A stretch of DNA of 64,000 nt, from the NCBI RefSeq assembly GCF_001194135.2, contig NC_068988.1, positions 80,626,194 to 80,690,193 on the forward strand, written 5' to 3'. The notes below the pieces were generated by a model that saw only the letters and a program-made list of their open reading frames with translations, had not been told where the DNA came from and did not search any database. Position numbers and translations under genes: made by a program. Source of the stretch: Octopus bimaculoides (taxonomy: Eukaryota). This document shows, piece after piece, positions 63,066-64,000 of this stretch (position 1 is its first letter; each line of letters opens with the position of its first letter).

Positions 63066-63836
63066 AGGGCCTCTCCCTCAGAGAAAAAGGCAGACTGTAT
63101 GAGGCCTGTATACGAACAGCTATGCTACGTGGCAGTGAAATGTGGACTGTGACTACCGAGGATGTGTGAAGGCTTGAAATAAATGAAGTCAGTATGCTCC
63201 ACTGGATGGGTAATGTCAGCGTGCATATATAACAGAGTGTAAGTGATTTGAGAGAAAAACTGGGTATATGTAGCATCAGATGTAGTGTGCAAGAGAGAAG
63301 ACCGCACAAGAACGGTCATGTAATGTGTATGAATGAAGACAGTTGCATCAAGAGGTGCTGGTCTCTAATTTTGGAGGGAACATGTGGAAGGGGTAGATCC
63401 AGGAAGACATGGGTAAAGTGCTGAGAAAAGATCTTCAAATGTTGGACCTCATAGAGGGCATGACGGGACTGAGACTCCTGGTGGTTTGCTGTGCTTGAAA
63501 AGACACGTCAAGCTATATAAAAGCGTGGTTGTCATTGAAAAGAGGCATGACACCTGCATCCCTCTCCAGCTGAATGTTCCTAATCTTGTGGGCTCGTGGG
63601 TGCTGGTGCCACATAAAAAAGCACCCAAACTAGTGCCACGTAAATACACCCATGCTGGTGCTGCATTAAAGTACCCAGTACACTCTGTAAAGTGGTTGGC
63701 ATTAGGAAGGGCATCCAGCTATAGAAACCAGGCCAAAACAGACATGGAGCCTGGGCAGCTCTTCAGTTGGTCAGCTCCTATCAAACCATCCAACCCATGC
63801 CAGCATAGAAAAGAGACATTAAATGATGATGATGAG
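63066..63836 (+). mobile_element. RTE LINE 3' fragment with (GAT)n tail
   Basis: GLSLREKGRLYEACIRTAMLRGSEMW...ICSIRCSVQERR..GHVM...GRGRSRKTW; 3' UTR as in the other copies. Confidence 0.9.
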
Positions 63837-64000
63837 TAGTTACACTTCAAATATATTTTGTTAGTTTCTATTGAAAGTAAAGATTTAGCAGTCATGATTT
63901 AGTGGAATCAGCTCTATTTAAGACATTTTTCTTCAGTGTTTCCTGAAACAAAGCAGCCTGTTAAAACATGTCCCTCTCCAAATAACCACTAAAAGGGTGA

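Overview
AT-rich, repeat-dense animal genomic DNA with 7 N-gaps. SINE/RTE/mariner content and microsatellites point to an octopus-type cephalopod (inference, no search run). It holds one protein-coding gene, a minus-strand glycogenin (GYG1-like), about 23.5-53.9 kb, rebuilt by hand with GT-AG sites and consistent phases: join(53898-53886, 35357-35219, 34472-34298, 33854-33692, 32137-32011, 30223-30046, 23729-23541) = 327 aa ([16 protein letters not shown]...DAD...FYSYLPAF...HFLGAIKPW...[22 protein letters not shown]...). The best leads are in its splicing: (i) two in-frame linker cassettes (18 and 69 nt) before the glycogen-synthase-binding motif; (ii) two alternative phase-1 first coding exons; (iii) candidate microexons of 20, 14 and 23 nt in the 18.5-kb first intron; (iv) exon 2 starting with a donor-like GTAAGG; (v) inverted RTE copies bracketing the 18-nt exon and the last catalytic exon. 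The rest is decayed transposons (mariner/Tc1, hAT, MITEs, RTE, CR1-like, Dong/R4-like, HERO-like, Penelope-like), two tRNA-derived SINE families and simple repeats. I found no rRNA, tRNA gene or CRISPR array, and no clearly new multi-gene system. All splice-isoform claims are sequence-only predictions needing RNA evidence.
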